Both the position numbers and the translations under genes were made by a program. Below are positions 26,907 through 35,858 of a stretch of 36,668 nucleotides of DNA, piece by piece. Below the pieces are notes generated by a model. It was not told the origin of the DNA, made no database searches, and was given only the letters and a program-made list of their open reading frames with translations. Each line of letters starts with the position of its first letter. The first letter of the stretch is position 1. The stretch comes from Armatimonadota bacterium (GTDB lineage Bacteria > Armatimonadota > UBA5829 > DTLH01), in assembly GCA_038207085.1 (NCBI GenBank), contig JBBRAE010000028.1, positions 1-36,668 on the forward strand. Direction: 5' to 3'.

Positions 26907-28331
26907 ATGAAAACGAGGCTTGAACACGATCTACTGGGCACTCTCGATGTTCCAGTGGACGCCTACTACGGCATCCACAGTGTACGCGCGGCGGAGAACT
27001 TCCGCGTGTCGGGTATCAAGGTGCATCCGCAGCTCATTCGCTCGATCGCGCTTGTGAAGAAGGCCTGCGCCATCGCCAATATGCGCACGGGATACCTGGA
27101 GCTGCGCATAGGCGAGGCGATCGTTGCCGCGTGCGACGAGATAGCCTTGGGGGCGCTTGAGGACCAGTTCATCACCGATGCCTTTCAGGGCGGCGCGGGG
27201 ACTTCGATGAACATGAACGTGAACGAAGTCGTCGCCAACCGCGCAATCGAGATTTTGGGCGGCGAAAAGGGTGATTATCACCTGATCCACCCACTCGACC
27301 ACGTGAACCTCTCGCAGTCCACAAACGATGTTGTCCCAACAGCCGTCAAGCTCGCCGCGATTCGCCTGCTTCAGTCGACCTCAAAAGCGATGGCTGATCT
27401 ACAGGGCGCGCTTCAGGAGAAAGAACGCGAGTTCTCGCATATTTTAAAGCTGGGGCGCACTGAGATGCAGGACGCCGTCCCGATGACGCTTGGCCAGGAG
27501 TTTTCCGCGTGGGCTCAGGCCGTGCAGCGCGACTGGTGGCGGCTGTACAAGGTCGAAGAGCGACTGCGGCAGGTCAACCTCGGGGGCACGGCGATCGGAA
27601 CGGGCCTGAACGCCGACCGCAAGTATGTCTTTATGGTAGTCGATATTCTGCGGGAGATCACCGGCGTCGGGCTTGCTCGCGCTGAGAATATGATCGACGC
27701 GACCCAGAACTGCGATATGTTCGTCGAGGTCTCCGGGATGCTCAAGGCCGCTGCGACCGACCTCGCCAAGATCAGCTCAGACCTCCGTCTGCTTTCTTCA
27801 GGTCCAAGAGCCGGTTTCGCCGAGATCACTCTGCCAGAGCTCCAGGCCGGTTCGTCGATTATGCCCGGTAAGGTGAACCCAGTCATCACCGAAGCCGTCA
27901 GCCAGGCCGCCTTCCAGGTGATGGCGAACGATCACGCGATCACACTCGCCGCGATGAACGGCCAGCTCGAGCTAAACGCGTTCATCCCTGCGCTCGCCCA
28001 GAACCTGTTCCAGTCGCTTGAGATGCTGACAGCCGCCGCCACCATGCTTGCCGACAAGTGCGTCAAGGGCATCCGCGCCGACGTAGAGCGATGTGGGGAG
28101 CTTTTGGAGCGGAGCTTCGGCCTTGTGACGGCGCTTTCTCCCTATATAGGCTATGAAGAGGCGTCGACACTCTGTCGGGAGGCGCTTCACACTGGACGGA
28201 CGATCAGGGAGCTTGCCATCGGGCGCAATCTGTTCACCGTCGAGGAGCTTGAGGCGATACTCTCGCCCACGGAGATGACGCATCCGGGGATCGCCGGGAT
28301 TTCGGTGATTGAGAAAGAGGCTTCGAATTAG
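26907..28331 (+). CDS. aspA: Aspartate ammonia-lyase
   Basis: QGGAGTSMNMN.NEV, SQSTND, GRT..QDAVP and GSSIMPGKVNP (fumarase/aspartase signature); linked to hydF. Confidence 0.93.
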   Translation: MKTRLEHDLLGTLDVPVDAYYGIHSVRAAENFRVSGIKVHPQLIRSIALVKKACAIANMRTGYLELRIGEAIVAACDEIALGALEDQFITDAFQGGAGTSMNMNVNEVVANRAIEILGGEKGDYHLIHPLDHVNLSQSTNDVVPTAVKLAAIRLLQSTSKAMADLQGALQEKEREFSHILKLGRTEMQDAVPMTLGQEFSAWAQAVQRDWWRLYKVEERLRQVNLGGTAIGTGLNADRKYVFMVVDILREITGVGLARAENMIDATQNCDMFVEVSGMLKAAATDLAKISSDLRLLSSGPRAGFAEITLPELQAGSSIMPGKVNPVITEAVSQAAFQVMANDHAITLAAMNGQLELNAFIPALAQNLFQSLEMLTAAATMLADKCVKGIRADVERCGELLERSFGLVTALSPYIGYEEASTLCREALHTGRTIRELAIGRNLFTVEELEAILSPTEMTHPGIAGISVIEKEASN

Positions 28332-28349
28332 AGAACTGTATGGCAGAGA

Positions 28350-28410
28350 TTGATATCGATGCCAGGTGTGGTATACAATATATGTATCGATCCACTATAT
28401 CGTATAACTG
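28350..28410 (+). promoter_or_regulatory. Putative vapBC promoter/operator
   Basis: TTGATA-N18-TACAAT overlapped by an ATACA-N5-TGTAT inverted repeat and repeated TATCG motifs. Confidence 0.45.
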
Positions 28411-28419
28411 AGGTGCAGT

Positions 28420-28629
28420 ATGTCGGTTGTCAAGGTGTCGGAAAAGTATCAGTTGATGATACCTAAAGAGATCAGGGAGAATCTGAAAATCCAAAAGGGG
28501 CAGAGAATGATAGTCCTGGCTATTGGCGACGTAATTCAGTTTGTACCTCAGCGGGATATTCGCGAACTGAAGGGATTCCTCAAGGGCATGTCGACCGAAG
28601 GACTGCGAGAAGATGAGGACCGGTTGTGA
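28420..28629 (+). CDS. vapB: AbrB/MazE/SpoVT-family antitoxin
   Basis: VKVSEKYQLMIPKEIRENL.I.KG swapped-hairpin motif; overlaps the PIN toxin start (GTGA). Confidence 0.9.
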   Translation: MSVVKVSEKYQLMIPKEIRENLKIQKGQRMIVLAIGDVIQFVPQRDIRELKGFLKGMSTEGLREDEDRL

Positions 28630-29015
28630 AGGTAGTGGACTCTGTAGGCTGGCTGGAGTATTTCACTTACGGTCCGCTGGCGGACGCCTACGGGGAGATC
28701 ATAGAGAGTGATGAGACCATACTTACGCCGACTATTGTGGTCTACGAAGTCTACAAGAATATACTCCGTAATGCGGGTGCGCACCCGGCTGGGATAGCGG
28801 CGGCCCAGATGCAGACGACCGAGATCGTGCCTCTAAATGCAGAATTGTCCTTAATGGCAGCTACCCTTAGCGTGGATCACAAGCTCCCGATGGCTGATGC
28901 CATCGTGTATGCTACCGGACGCCAACAGGGCGCGCCAGTAGTGACTAGTGACAAACACTTTGCCGGGCTTGCCGGGGTAGAGTTTATCCCCATACCCAAG
29001 CAGGAAGACGAATGA
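28626..29015 (+). CDS. vapC: VapC PIN-domain toxin
   Basis: VVDS.GWLEY, TIVVYEV, MADAIVYAT, TSD.HF acidic PIN residues. Confidence 0.92.
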   Translation: MKVVDSVGWLEYFTYGPLADAYGEIIESDETILTPTIVVYEVYKNILRNAGAHPAGIAAAQMQTTEIVPLNAELSLMAATLSVDHKLPMADAIVYATGRQQGAPVVTSDKHFAGLAGVEFIPIPKQEDE

Positions 29016-30292
29016 CGAGCCTGAACCAAACCCCCTCCGGGGAGCGAATGCACATATCTATATTCGGCCGCAGAAACGCCGGTAAGTCGAGCGTGATCAA
29101 CGCGCTTACGGGGCAGAAGCTTGCGATCGTCTCGGACGTGCCGGGGACGACTACCGACCCGGTCGCTAAAGCTATGGAGATTCTTCCGATCGGTCCCGTG
29201 GTTGTGACCGATACTGCGGGGATCGACGACTTTGGCGCGCTTGGCGAGCTTCGGGTGGAGAAGGCGCTCCGGGTGCTTGAGAAGACCGATCTTGCCGCGC
29301 TTGTGATCGAGTCGGGGCTTATTCCCGGCGAGTGGGAGGACGATCTTGTCGCACGCATCAAAGAGCGCAAGACCCCAATGATTGTCGTCGCAAACAAGAT
29401 CGACGCCAACCCCGATGCGTCCGCGATTGCCTCATGGGCAAAAGACAACGATCTGCCGTTTGTTGGGGTATCGGCTGTGACGGGTGAGAACATCGACGCG
29501 CTCAAAAACGCGCTTGTGACATCGGCTCCTGAGGGTTTCGCCGAGCCTACGATCATCGGCGACCTCGTGAGTCCGGGCGATATCATCGTGCTCGTGGTGC
29601 CGATCGACAAGGCAGCTCCCAAGGGTCGATTGATCTTGCCGCAGGTGATGACGCTTCGCGATGCGCTCGACAACGACGCCTACGCGATGGTCGTCAAGGA
29701 GCGGGAGCTGAAGGCATGCTTTGATAACCTCGCGAAGAAGCCGAAACTCGTGATCACCGACTCGCAGGCCTTCTTGAAAGTCGCAGCGGATACTCCGTCC
29801 GACATCTGGATGACGAGCTTTTCGATCCTGATGGCCCGCTACAAGGGGAACCTCGATGAGTTCGTGGAAGGGGCCCGCGCGCTTCGTCGATTAAAGCCAG
29901 GAGATAGGGTTTTGATCTCTGAGGGCTGCACCCATCACCGCAAAGAAGACGACATAGGGCAGGTGCAGATACCGAGGTGGCTTCGTCAGGCAGTCGGCGG
30001 AGATCTGGAGTTCGGGTTCAGCTCTGGTATGGAATTCCCTGAAAACTTTAACACATACGAACTGATTATTCACTGTGGCGCATGCACCCTGAACCGCCGC
30101 GAGGTGATGTATCGCCAGCGAGAAGCCAGAGCCGCCGGTATCCCGATGACCAACTACGGCGTGACGCTCGCCTGGGTCCACGGCATCCTCGACCGCGCGC
30201 TTGACCCGTTCCCACTTGCCAAGATGATGTGGGAAGAGGACGATGAGCCGTCACCGAGGCCGAAGGTTCGGGTTGCTCGGACGATTGCTTAG
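29012..30292 (+). CDS. hydF: [FeFe]-hydrogenase H-cluster maturation GTPase HydF
   Basis: GRRNAGKS, GTTTDPV, DTAG, NKID, APKGRLILPQV, EGCTHH...HCGAC Fe-S motif. Confidence 0.97.
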   Translation: MTSLNQTPSGERMHISIFGRRNAGKSSVINALTGQKLAIVSDVPGTTTDPVAKAMEILPIGPVVVTDTAGIDDFGALGELRVEKALRVLEKTDLAALVIESGLIPGEWEDDLVARIKERKTPMIVVANKIDANPDASAIASWAKDNDLPFVGVSAVTGENIDALKNALVTSAPEGFAEPTIIGDLVSPGDIIVLVVPIDKAAPKGRLILPQVMTLRDALDNDAYAMVVKERELKACFDNLAKKPKLVITDSQAFLKVAADTPSDIWMTSFSILMARYKGNLDEFVEGARALRRLKPGDRVLISEGCTHHRKEDDIGQVQIPRWLRQAVGGDLEFGFSSGMEFPENFNTYELIIHCGACTLNRREVMYRQREARAAGIPMTNYGVTLAWVHGILDRALDPFPLAKMMWEEDDEPSPRPKVRVARTIA

Positions 30293-30336
30293 CTGTCGGC
30301 TGGGAATTGATAGTTTACGATGATTGTGAGGCAGGT

Positions 30337-30579
30337 ATGGAGCATAAACTGGATAAAGAAGCCGTTCAAAACTGGCTGCGAGGTCAGAGAGAAGCTGGGA
30401 AGACGATTGAGCGTGAACGGCGCGAGCAGCTTCGGACACGGACACAAGAGGAGTCACTGAGAATATATCTGGGGCTCAAAGAGGCCTCACCGGATGATCC
30501 CAATCGCACCGATGTTTCACCTGTACTATGGGCGATGCGCCAAGCTGCGCAAAGACTCGCCGAAAGGCAGCAGCAATGA
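30337..30579 (+). CDS. Small hypothetical protein, putative partner (antitoxin-like) of the downstream nucleotidyltransferase
   Basis: 80 aa, charged and helical; GAGG-like RBS; ATGA overlap with the next gene. Confidence 0.6.
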   Translation: MEHKLDKEAVQNWLRGQREAGKTIERERREQLRTRTQEESLRIYLGLKEASPDDPNRTDVSPVLWAMRQAAQRLAERQQQ

Positions 30580-31145
30580 ATCCACTCGAAGCGGCCGGGA
30601 GAATTTCGGCAATGCTTGAGAAAGCCTCCACGCCGTATGCTATTATCGGCGGTTTGGCAGTTCAATACTGGGGAGAATCACGAACCACAAGGGACGTGGA
30701 CATTGTCGTGTTGGTTCCAGATGTGGAAGTGGACAGATTTGTTGAGTCTGTATTGCAGGAGTTTCCTCCGAGGGTGAAAAATGCTTCCGCGTTTGCTCGT
30801 GAAAATCGGGTGCTGCTAGTCGCAACGGAAGACGGCACGCCGATTGATATTGCTTTTGGTATTCCCGGATATGAAGGGATCGCAATAGAACGAGCCACTG
30901 CTGTTGACATTCCGGGTGTTGGCTCTATGCGATTGTTGGTGCCTGAAGATTTGGTTATCCACAAATGCGTGGCAGGCCGGCCAAGGGACTTGGAAGACGT
31001 TCGCCTTGTTCTGGTTCGGCAGGGTGAACATATGGACATTGATTATATCCGAGAGTGGTTAGACCAATTTTCTCTTGTTATCGAAGACCGCGATGTCCGT
31101 GCTGACTTTGAGGACGTACTGCGGGAAACCGCGGAAGACACATGA
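30576..31145 (+). CDS. Pol-beta superfamily nucleotidyltransferase (DUF6036/AbiEii-like)
   Basis: YAIIGGLAV..WG..R.TRDVD, IDI, PEDLVIHK.VAGRPRDLED. Confidence 0.85.
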   Translation: MNPLEAAGRISAMLEKASTPYAIIGGLAVQYWGESRTTRDVDIVVLVPDVEVDRFVESVLQEFPPRVKNASAFARENRVLLVATEDGTPIDIAFGIPGYEGIAIERATAVDIPGVGSMRLLVPEDLVIHKCVAGRPRDLEDVRLVLVRQGEHMDIDYIREWLDQFSLVIEDRDVRADFEDVLRETAEDT

Positions 31146-31353
31146 CAATGGCTCGAACCCCTATTGAGTTAGTCACCCACATACGTTCGCTCGTCAGCCC
31201 CGACAACGTCGCGGGGATGGTGAGCTACGGCATCAGTTCCGTTGGGACGCTCGGTGTGCCTATGCCGTCCTTCGGGCGCTTGCTAAAGAGCACAGGTGTG
31301 ACCACCAGCTCGCGCTTGAGCTTTGGGATTCTGGAATCCATGAGGCGCGGATC
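31142..31353 (+). pseudogene. DNA alkylation repair (AlkD-like) protein fragment, frameshifted and truncated
   Basis: N.AGM..YGI....LGVPMP, then after a frameshift near 31268 LRALAKEH..DHQLALELWDSGIHEARI; similarity ends there. Confidence 0.75.
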
Positions 31354-31444
31354 AACGGCAGGATTGTCACAAGTTCGATTGGGATGAGGCCCGTCCCGAC
31401 GGCTCCGATCACAAGCATTGCAGCAGCGCGGCGGCGGCGACTAC

Positions 31445-31558
31445 TGGGTCAATTGCCATGCATTACGCCATTCGGGATTCGGAAATCCCGTCTTAGCTTT
31501 GGGGTGGCGATTCGGAAATCGCCACCCCACAATTGCTGATTTCATGCCAAGTGACCCA
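31445..31558. mobile_element. 114-bp MITE, copy 2
   Basis: TGGGTCAATTG...CAAGTGACCCA flanked by a CTAC direct repeat; 4 mismatches against 8514-8627. Confidence 0.85.
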
Positions 31559-31741
31559 CTACGAATATCAGGTCGAAGAAGACTCTAGCCACGTTGCGTG
31601 GCGCTCCTCGTCAACTTCGTGGACCCTCAGTTGCGGCGGCTCTCTCCAGCTCTTTCTCATAGTATCTATTATCCCCAAACGGAGCCCGGCTATTCCACTT
31701 GAGGTCGATATCGGCTATGATATCCTCTGGAGGACGTTTAC

Positions 31742-32512
31742 TTGGGTCTTGAACTTTGGCAGTGGGTGCTCGGTGGTGCGGCAGCGCTTCTGGTCGGCAT
31801 ATCGAAGACCGGAGTCCCGGGGGTTGGAATACTTATCGTTCCGATTCTGGCCGCAGTCTTTGGAGGCCGGGCGTCTGTCGGGATTATGCTTCCTATGCTG
31901 ATCGTCGGTGACGTCTTTGCCGTGCGCTGGTACCGGGAGCACACGCAGTGGGACAAGCTGATTAAGCTCATGCCCTGGGTCGCGGGGGGAATCGCGATCG
32001 GCGCAGCGACGCTCTACGTGCTTGGAAACGTCCAGAAGGACAAAGATATACTGAACCCGATGATCGGTGCGCTAGTCCTCGCGATGCTCGCGGTTCACGT
32101 GCTCCAGGGTAAGCTAAACGAGCGCATCACCCCGAAGTCCGGGGTCGGTATGGCGGCCACGGGAATTACTGCAGGGTTTGCGACGACCGTTTCAAACGCC
32201 GCAGGACCCGTGATGCAGATATACCTTGCCTCCCACAAGATGCGGAAGCACGAGTTTATGGGCACAAACGCCTGGTATTTCTTGATTATCAACTCAAGCA
32301 AGGTCCCGATCTACGCCGCGCTCTCGATCATCAACCCAGCGCGCCCGATGATGACGCGGGAGTCGCTGTTGTTCAACGCGGCGGTGCTTCCGATCATTGT
32401 CGCTGGCGTCTACGTGGGCAAATGGATGCTTCCGAGGATCCCGCAGCGCATTTTTACCGATATCGTGCTCGTGCTGGCGGGTGTCGCGGCGGTCAAGCTC
32501 ATTCTAAGCTGA
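31742..32512 (+). CDS. TauE/SafE family (sulfite exporter-like) membrane protein
   Basis: Multiple TM helices, GISKTG.PG, LPMLIVGD, NAAGPVM..Y, GTNAWYF..IN..K.P; GGAGG RBS before TTG. Confidence 0.9.
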   Translation: MGLELWQWVLGGAAALLVGISKTGVPGVGILIVPILAAVFGGRASVGIMLPMLIVGDVFAVRWYREHTQWDKLIKLMPWVAGGIAIGAATLYVLGNVQKDKDILNPMIGALVLAMLAVHVLQGKLNERITPKSGVGMAATGITAGFATTVSNAAGPVMQIYLASHKMRKHEFMGTNAWYFLIINSSKVPIYAALSIINPARPMMTRESLLFNAAVLPIIVAGVYVGKWMLPRIPQRIFTDIVLVLAGVAAVKLILS

Positions 32513-32542
32513 AAACTGGGCACTATTACTATGGTGATATAG

Positions 32543-33112
32543 ATGAAAGCGATTATACTCGACGGCTCGATAGACTCAAGCAACGCAAGCGACGTGATAT
32601 ATCGGATTCTTGCCGACGAACTCGCCTTGCGCGGTTGGTCGACGCACCGGTACGTGCTTCGGGATCTGAAGATCGCCTACTGCGCGGGTTGCTTCAACTG
32701 CTGGGTGAAGACCCCGGGCGAGTGCGTGGTCGACGACGCGGGCCGGGAGGTTGCGCGCGAGGCTGTGCAAAGCGACCTCGCGGTGCTGATCACGCCGGTC
32801 ACTTTCGGCGGATACTCCTCGGAACTAAAGAAAATGCTCGATCGCGTGATCCCGCTTGGTTCGCCGTTTCTCAAGCATGAGCGCGGGGAGACGCACCACT
32901 TCAAGCGATATCCCACGTACCCGAAGCTAGTCGGAATCGGCATTCTCCCCAAGCCCGACGAACGATCCGCGGAGATCTTCGCCAAGCTCGTTGAGCGAAA
33001 CGCGATCAACACCAGCGCGCCAGCCTACGCGTCAGAGGTGATCGTCCCTGACCGGCCCGATGTTATGATCGAGACCATCAAGTCGCTTCTTGAGCGGGTG
33101 GGGGTTGTATGA
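32543..33112 (+). CDS. Flavodoxin-fold (iron-sulfur flavoprotein / FMN reductase-like) protein
   Basis: CAGCFNCWVKTPGECVVDD, TPVTFGGYSSELKK.LDR. Confidence 0.88.
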   Translation: MKAIILDGSIDSSNASDVIYRILADELALRGWSTHRYVLRDLKIAYCAGCFNCWVKTPGECVVDDAGREVAREAVQSDLAVLITPVTFGGYSSELKKMLDRVIPLGSPFLKHERGETHHFKRYPTYPKLVGIGILPKPDERSAEIFAKLVERNAINTSAPAYASEVIVPDRPDVMIETIKSLLERVGVV

Positions 33113-34002
33113 TGAAGACAGATAAGCGCGCGCTGCTGTTGGTTGGAAGCCCGAAGCCTGAGTCGAGCACGAGTGAATCGCTTGGCACGTACCTTCTTGA
33201 CCGTATGAAGGAAACGGGCTGGAATACGGGGATGCTTCGGGTGAACTCGGCTCTTCGCACCGACGAACGCCGGGAGGAGCTTTTCGCCGCGCTTGACCTC
33301 GCCGATGTCGTCATTCTTTCGTTCCCGCTATACGTCGACAGCCTCCCCGCGGGCGCGACTCGCACGCTTGAGCTGATCGGCGAACATCGGAAACCGGGGG
33401 TTCTTCCTCCGACTGTGGTCGCGAACCTGCGCGGGGTGGTGGAGCTCGTCGAAACGCAGCACGTAGAGAGGGCTCTCAACCTGATCTCGATGCTCCTTGG
33501 CAAGTTCCCGCTGCCGTTCTTTATAGCAATGGCTCTTCGGCTGCTTTTGAAGAGCCGCGGGCTCTCATCGATGGCGGTCGTTCGGATCAAGAAGTTTCTG
33601 CAGGGGATGGACCGGCGCGAGCAGACCTTTGTCGCGATCTGCAACTCGGGGTTCCCTGAGGCCTCGCAGTCGGAGGTGGCGCTTGATATCTGCCGGGAGT
33701 TTGCCTGGGAGACGGGCATGGCCTGGGGTGGTGGGCTTGCGCTTGGAGGCGGCGCGACGATAGATGGCAAACCGCTCTACAAGGCTGGTGGGATGGTCCG
33801 AAACGTTCGCGCGTCGCTTGATATGGCCGTCGAGGACCTAACGGCAGGCAAACCGATATCAAAAGAGGCGATAGACCTTATGGCCAGGCCGATCACTCCC
33901 TCGTGGCTGTATGCGATATTTGCAAACATCGGCTGGGTCTTCCAGGGGCTAAAAAACCGTGTCGCCCGTCGGCTTGGCGCGAGGCCTTACTCGCAATCAT
34001 AA
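33109..34002 (+). CDS. NAD(P)H-dependent flavodoxin-fold oxidoreductase with an internal insertion
   Basis: LLLVGSPK..SSTS, FPLYVDSLP, NSGFPE, W.GGLALGGG; ATGA-coupled to the previous gene. Confidence 0.8.
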   Translation: MMKTDKRALLLVGSPKPESSTSESLGTYLLDRMKETGWNTGMLRVNSALRTDERREELFAALDLADVVILSFPLYVDSLPAGATRTLELIGEHRKPGVLPPTVVANLRGVVELVETQHVERALNLISMLLGKFPLPFFIAMALRLLLKSRGLSSMAVVRIKKFLQGMDRREQTFVAICNSGFPEASQSEVALDICREFAWETGMAWGGGLALGGGATIDGKPLYKAGGMVRNVRASLDMAVEDLTAGKPISKEAIDLMARPITPSWLYAIFANIGWVFQGLKNRVARRLGARPYSQS

Positions 34003-34056
34003 TCCCTGGGTAATATTTCTGCCATTTGGGCTGTGCTTTTCACTGAAAATTCCCCC

Positions 34057-34085
34057 TTGACAAACGCGTCTGTATTATCAATACT
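34057..34085 (+). promoter_or_regulatory. Putative sigma-70 promoter of the S1 gene
   Basis: TTGACA-N17-AATACT. Confidence 0.45.
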
Positions 34086-34143
34086 GCATGTACGTATGCA
34101 GAGTGCGGAATCTGGCTGGCGCCAGGAGGAGTTTCGCCGGGGA

Positions 34144-34584
34144 ATGACCATCGAGATTGGTAGTACAATTGAAGGTACCGTGGTCAAAGTGGCTGACTAC
34201 GGTGCAATAGTGCGGCTTGTCGGGGGTAAAATGGGACTCGTGCACATTTCTGAAGTTGCGGATACCTTCGTCTGCGATGTGCGCGATTATGTCAAAGAAA
34301 ACGACCGCATCAACGTAAAGGTCCTTAAGATCAACAACAAAGGGCGTTACGAGCTGTCGGCCAAGCAGGCCGATGCGGTCGCTGTTCAGCCAGTAGAGCG
34401 CGAGCGAGTTGCTGTCCCTCAAAGACCCAAGGCCGAGTCGAGCAGAGAGTATCGCACAGAACGCACGGAGCGCACACCTGTGACCTTCGAAGACAAACTC
34501 AACTTCTTTATGAAGGACAGTCAGGAGCGCCTGCTCGAAGTCAAACGCAGCGTTGACTCCAAAAGGGGAGTTCGACGCAAGTAG
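34144..34584 (+). CDS. S1 RNA-binding domain protein (YabR-like)
   Basis: IGSTIEGTV..V.DYGA.V....GLVHISEVA..FV.DV, and C-terminal FEDKL..FMKDS.ERL; AGGAGG upstream of ATG 34144. Confidence 0.9.
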   Translation: MTIEIGSTIEGTVVKVADYGAIVRLVGGKMGLVHISEVADTFVCDVRDYVKENDRINVKVLKINNKGRYELSAKQADAVAVQPVERERVAVPQRPKAESSREYRTERTERTPVTFEDKLNFFMKDSQERLLEVKRSVDSKRGVRRK

Positions 34585-34681
34585 TGCACGCATCGCTTGT
34601 GTGCTCTTGGCAATAACCCATTTGCGGGATCGTCAGGAATACATGTAAGCAGGTTGATCCTTGTTGCTGGAGGTAGTTACT

Positions 34682-35686
34682 ATGAACGCGAACAAACGCT
34701 TGCTGGTTTCGATTATTGCCACTGTTTCGGTGCTCGGAAGCATAGGCGCGGTCTCTGCCGAGTCAGAGCACAGACGCGGGGACGGTGACAAAGACAGGGA
34801 CAAAGAGGCTTGCACCCACTCGACCAAGCCCGCTGAGGACAAACCGAGCAGGCCTCAGGCAAAGCCTCGAAGCGGGGTCGGCGACTATCGTCCTTATAAC
34901 GAGCGCAACAATGAACCGATGTCGTTCACCGGAACAATCGGTCGAAGCGTTCCCATCACCCCGTCAGCAAGACAGCAGGGTTCGTACCGGACCATCGACC
35001 GCGCGCGCAACCCCGAGCGGCCAGGAGTCACCTACAGCTCACCAAATTATCGCACCCACCGCACCGGAAGTTACAGTCGCTACAGCGAGGGCTGGCCCTC
35101 AGTCCACAACTTTCCCTGCAATTACGGCCACTGGACGTTCTCGAACGGCTCCGGTAGCCGCAGGTCGATGTATTACCACTACGGCTACTTCCCATATATC
35201 TCGTCTTCCAGTGTGAGCGTTCAGAGCTACACAGCTTCCCCCTACGTCGAGGTTTCCGTAGTGCTTTCTACCGTGAACTCAGGGGGCGGCTACTATCTCA
35301 CTCGTCCCGCGACCGATACCATCGAAAGTGCGGTCGCCGATATCAGGTTTGCCTGGATCGATCAGAGCCCCGACCAGCTCCTTCGCCACGTGCGCACGGG
35401 AGACAAGATAGACGTGCTCCTTGACGGCAGTTACTCCTACACCGTGAGCGCAGACGACTACATTGCGATGACCCAAGACGCCATCAACGCCACGCAGACA
35501 GTTGACTTCACTCTTGAAAGCTTGCGAAAGCGCGGCGACGACAAGTATATCCTCTACGGCAAGCACCTGTTCTATGGCCCGAACGGAGATCTCAGCGTCG
35601 CTTACGTCAGCTATCTGATTGAGAAGCGCGCCGGGGTGTGGGCGATCACAGAAGTCGGCTCTTCCCAGACGCGTATCGGTGCGTGA
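34682..35686 (+). CDS. Secreted hypothetical protein (disordered N-terminus, Tyr-rich linker, possible NTF2-like C-terminal domain)
   Basis: GGAGGT RBS, signal peptide ending AVSA, low-complexity R/S/P region, C-terminal YLIEKR.GVWAITEVG. Confidence 0.75.
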   Translation: MNANKRLLVSIIATVSVLGSIGAVSAESEHRRGDGDKDRDKEACTHSTKPAEDKPSRPQAKPRSGVGDYRPYNERNNEPMSFTGTIGRSVPITPSARQQGSYRTIDRARNPERPGVTYSSPNYRTHRTGSYSRYSEGWPSVHNFPCNYGHWTFSNGSGSRRSMYYHYGYFPYISSSSVSVQSYTASPYVEVSVVLSTVNSGGGYYLTRPATDTIESAVADIRFAWIDQSPDQLLRHVRTGDKIDVLLDGSYSYTVSADDYIAMTQDAINATQTVDFTLESLRKRGDDKYILYGKHLFYGPNGDLSVAYVSYLIEKRAGVWAITEVGSSQTRIGA

Positions 35687-35772
35687 AGTGCTGCCTGCAC
35701 TCGGTTTAATCGCTCGCCTGCCTGGGGATAATCAGCTCGTGCGTTTTTCTCTTGCCCACGACAAGCCTGCCT

Positions 35773-35802
35773 GTTTGACAGCCGGCTTGGCACGGGTATC
35801 AT
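35773..35802 (+). promoter_or_regulatory. Overlapping SigB/SigF-like and sigma-70 promoters of the anti-sigma gene
   Basis: GTTT-N17-GGGTAT (35773-35799) superimposed on TTGACA-N16-TATCAT (35775-35802). Confidence 0.55.
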
Positions 35803-35858
35803 ATAGTTGAGTCTGGCTGATTGTCGCCAGCGGCAGTGTGATGGAGGGTTGAGTTCAG

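Noticed and set aside
35788..35804. Second sigma-54 promoter (TTGGCACG) before the anti-sigma gene
   Set aside because: The -12 element reads ATCAT/TCAT rather than TTGC; sigma-70 and SigB-like matches fit better.
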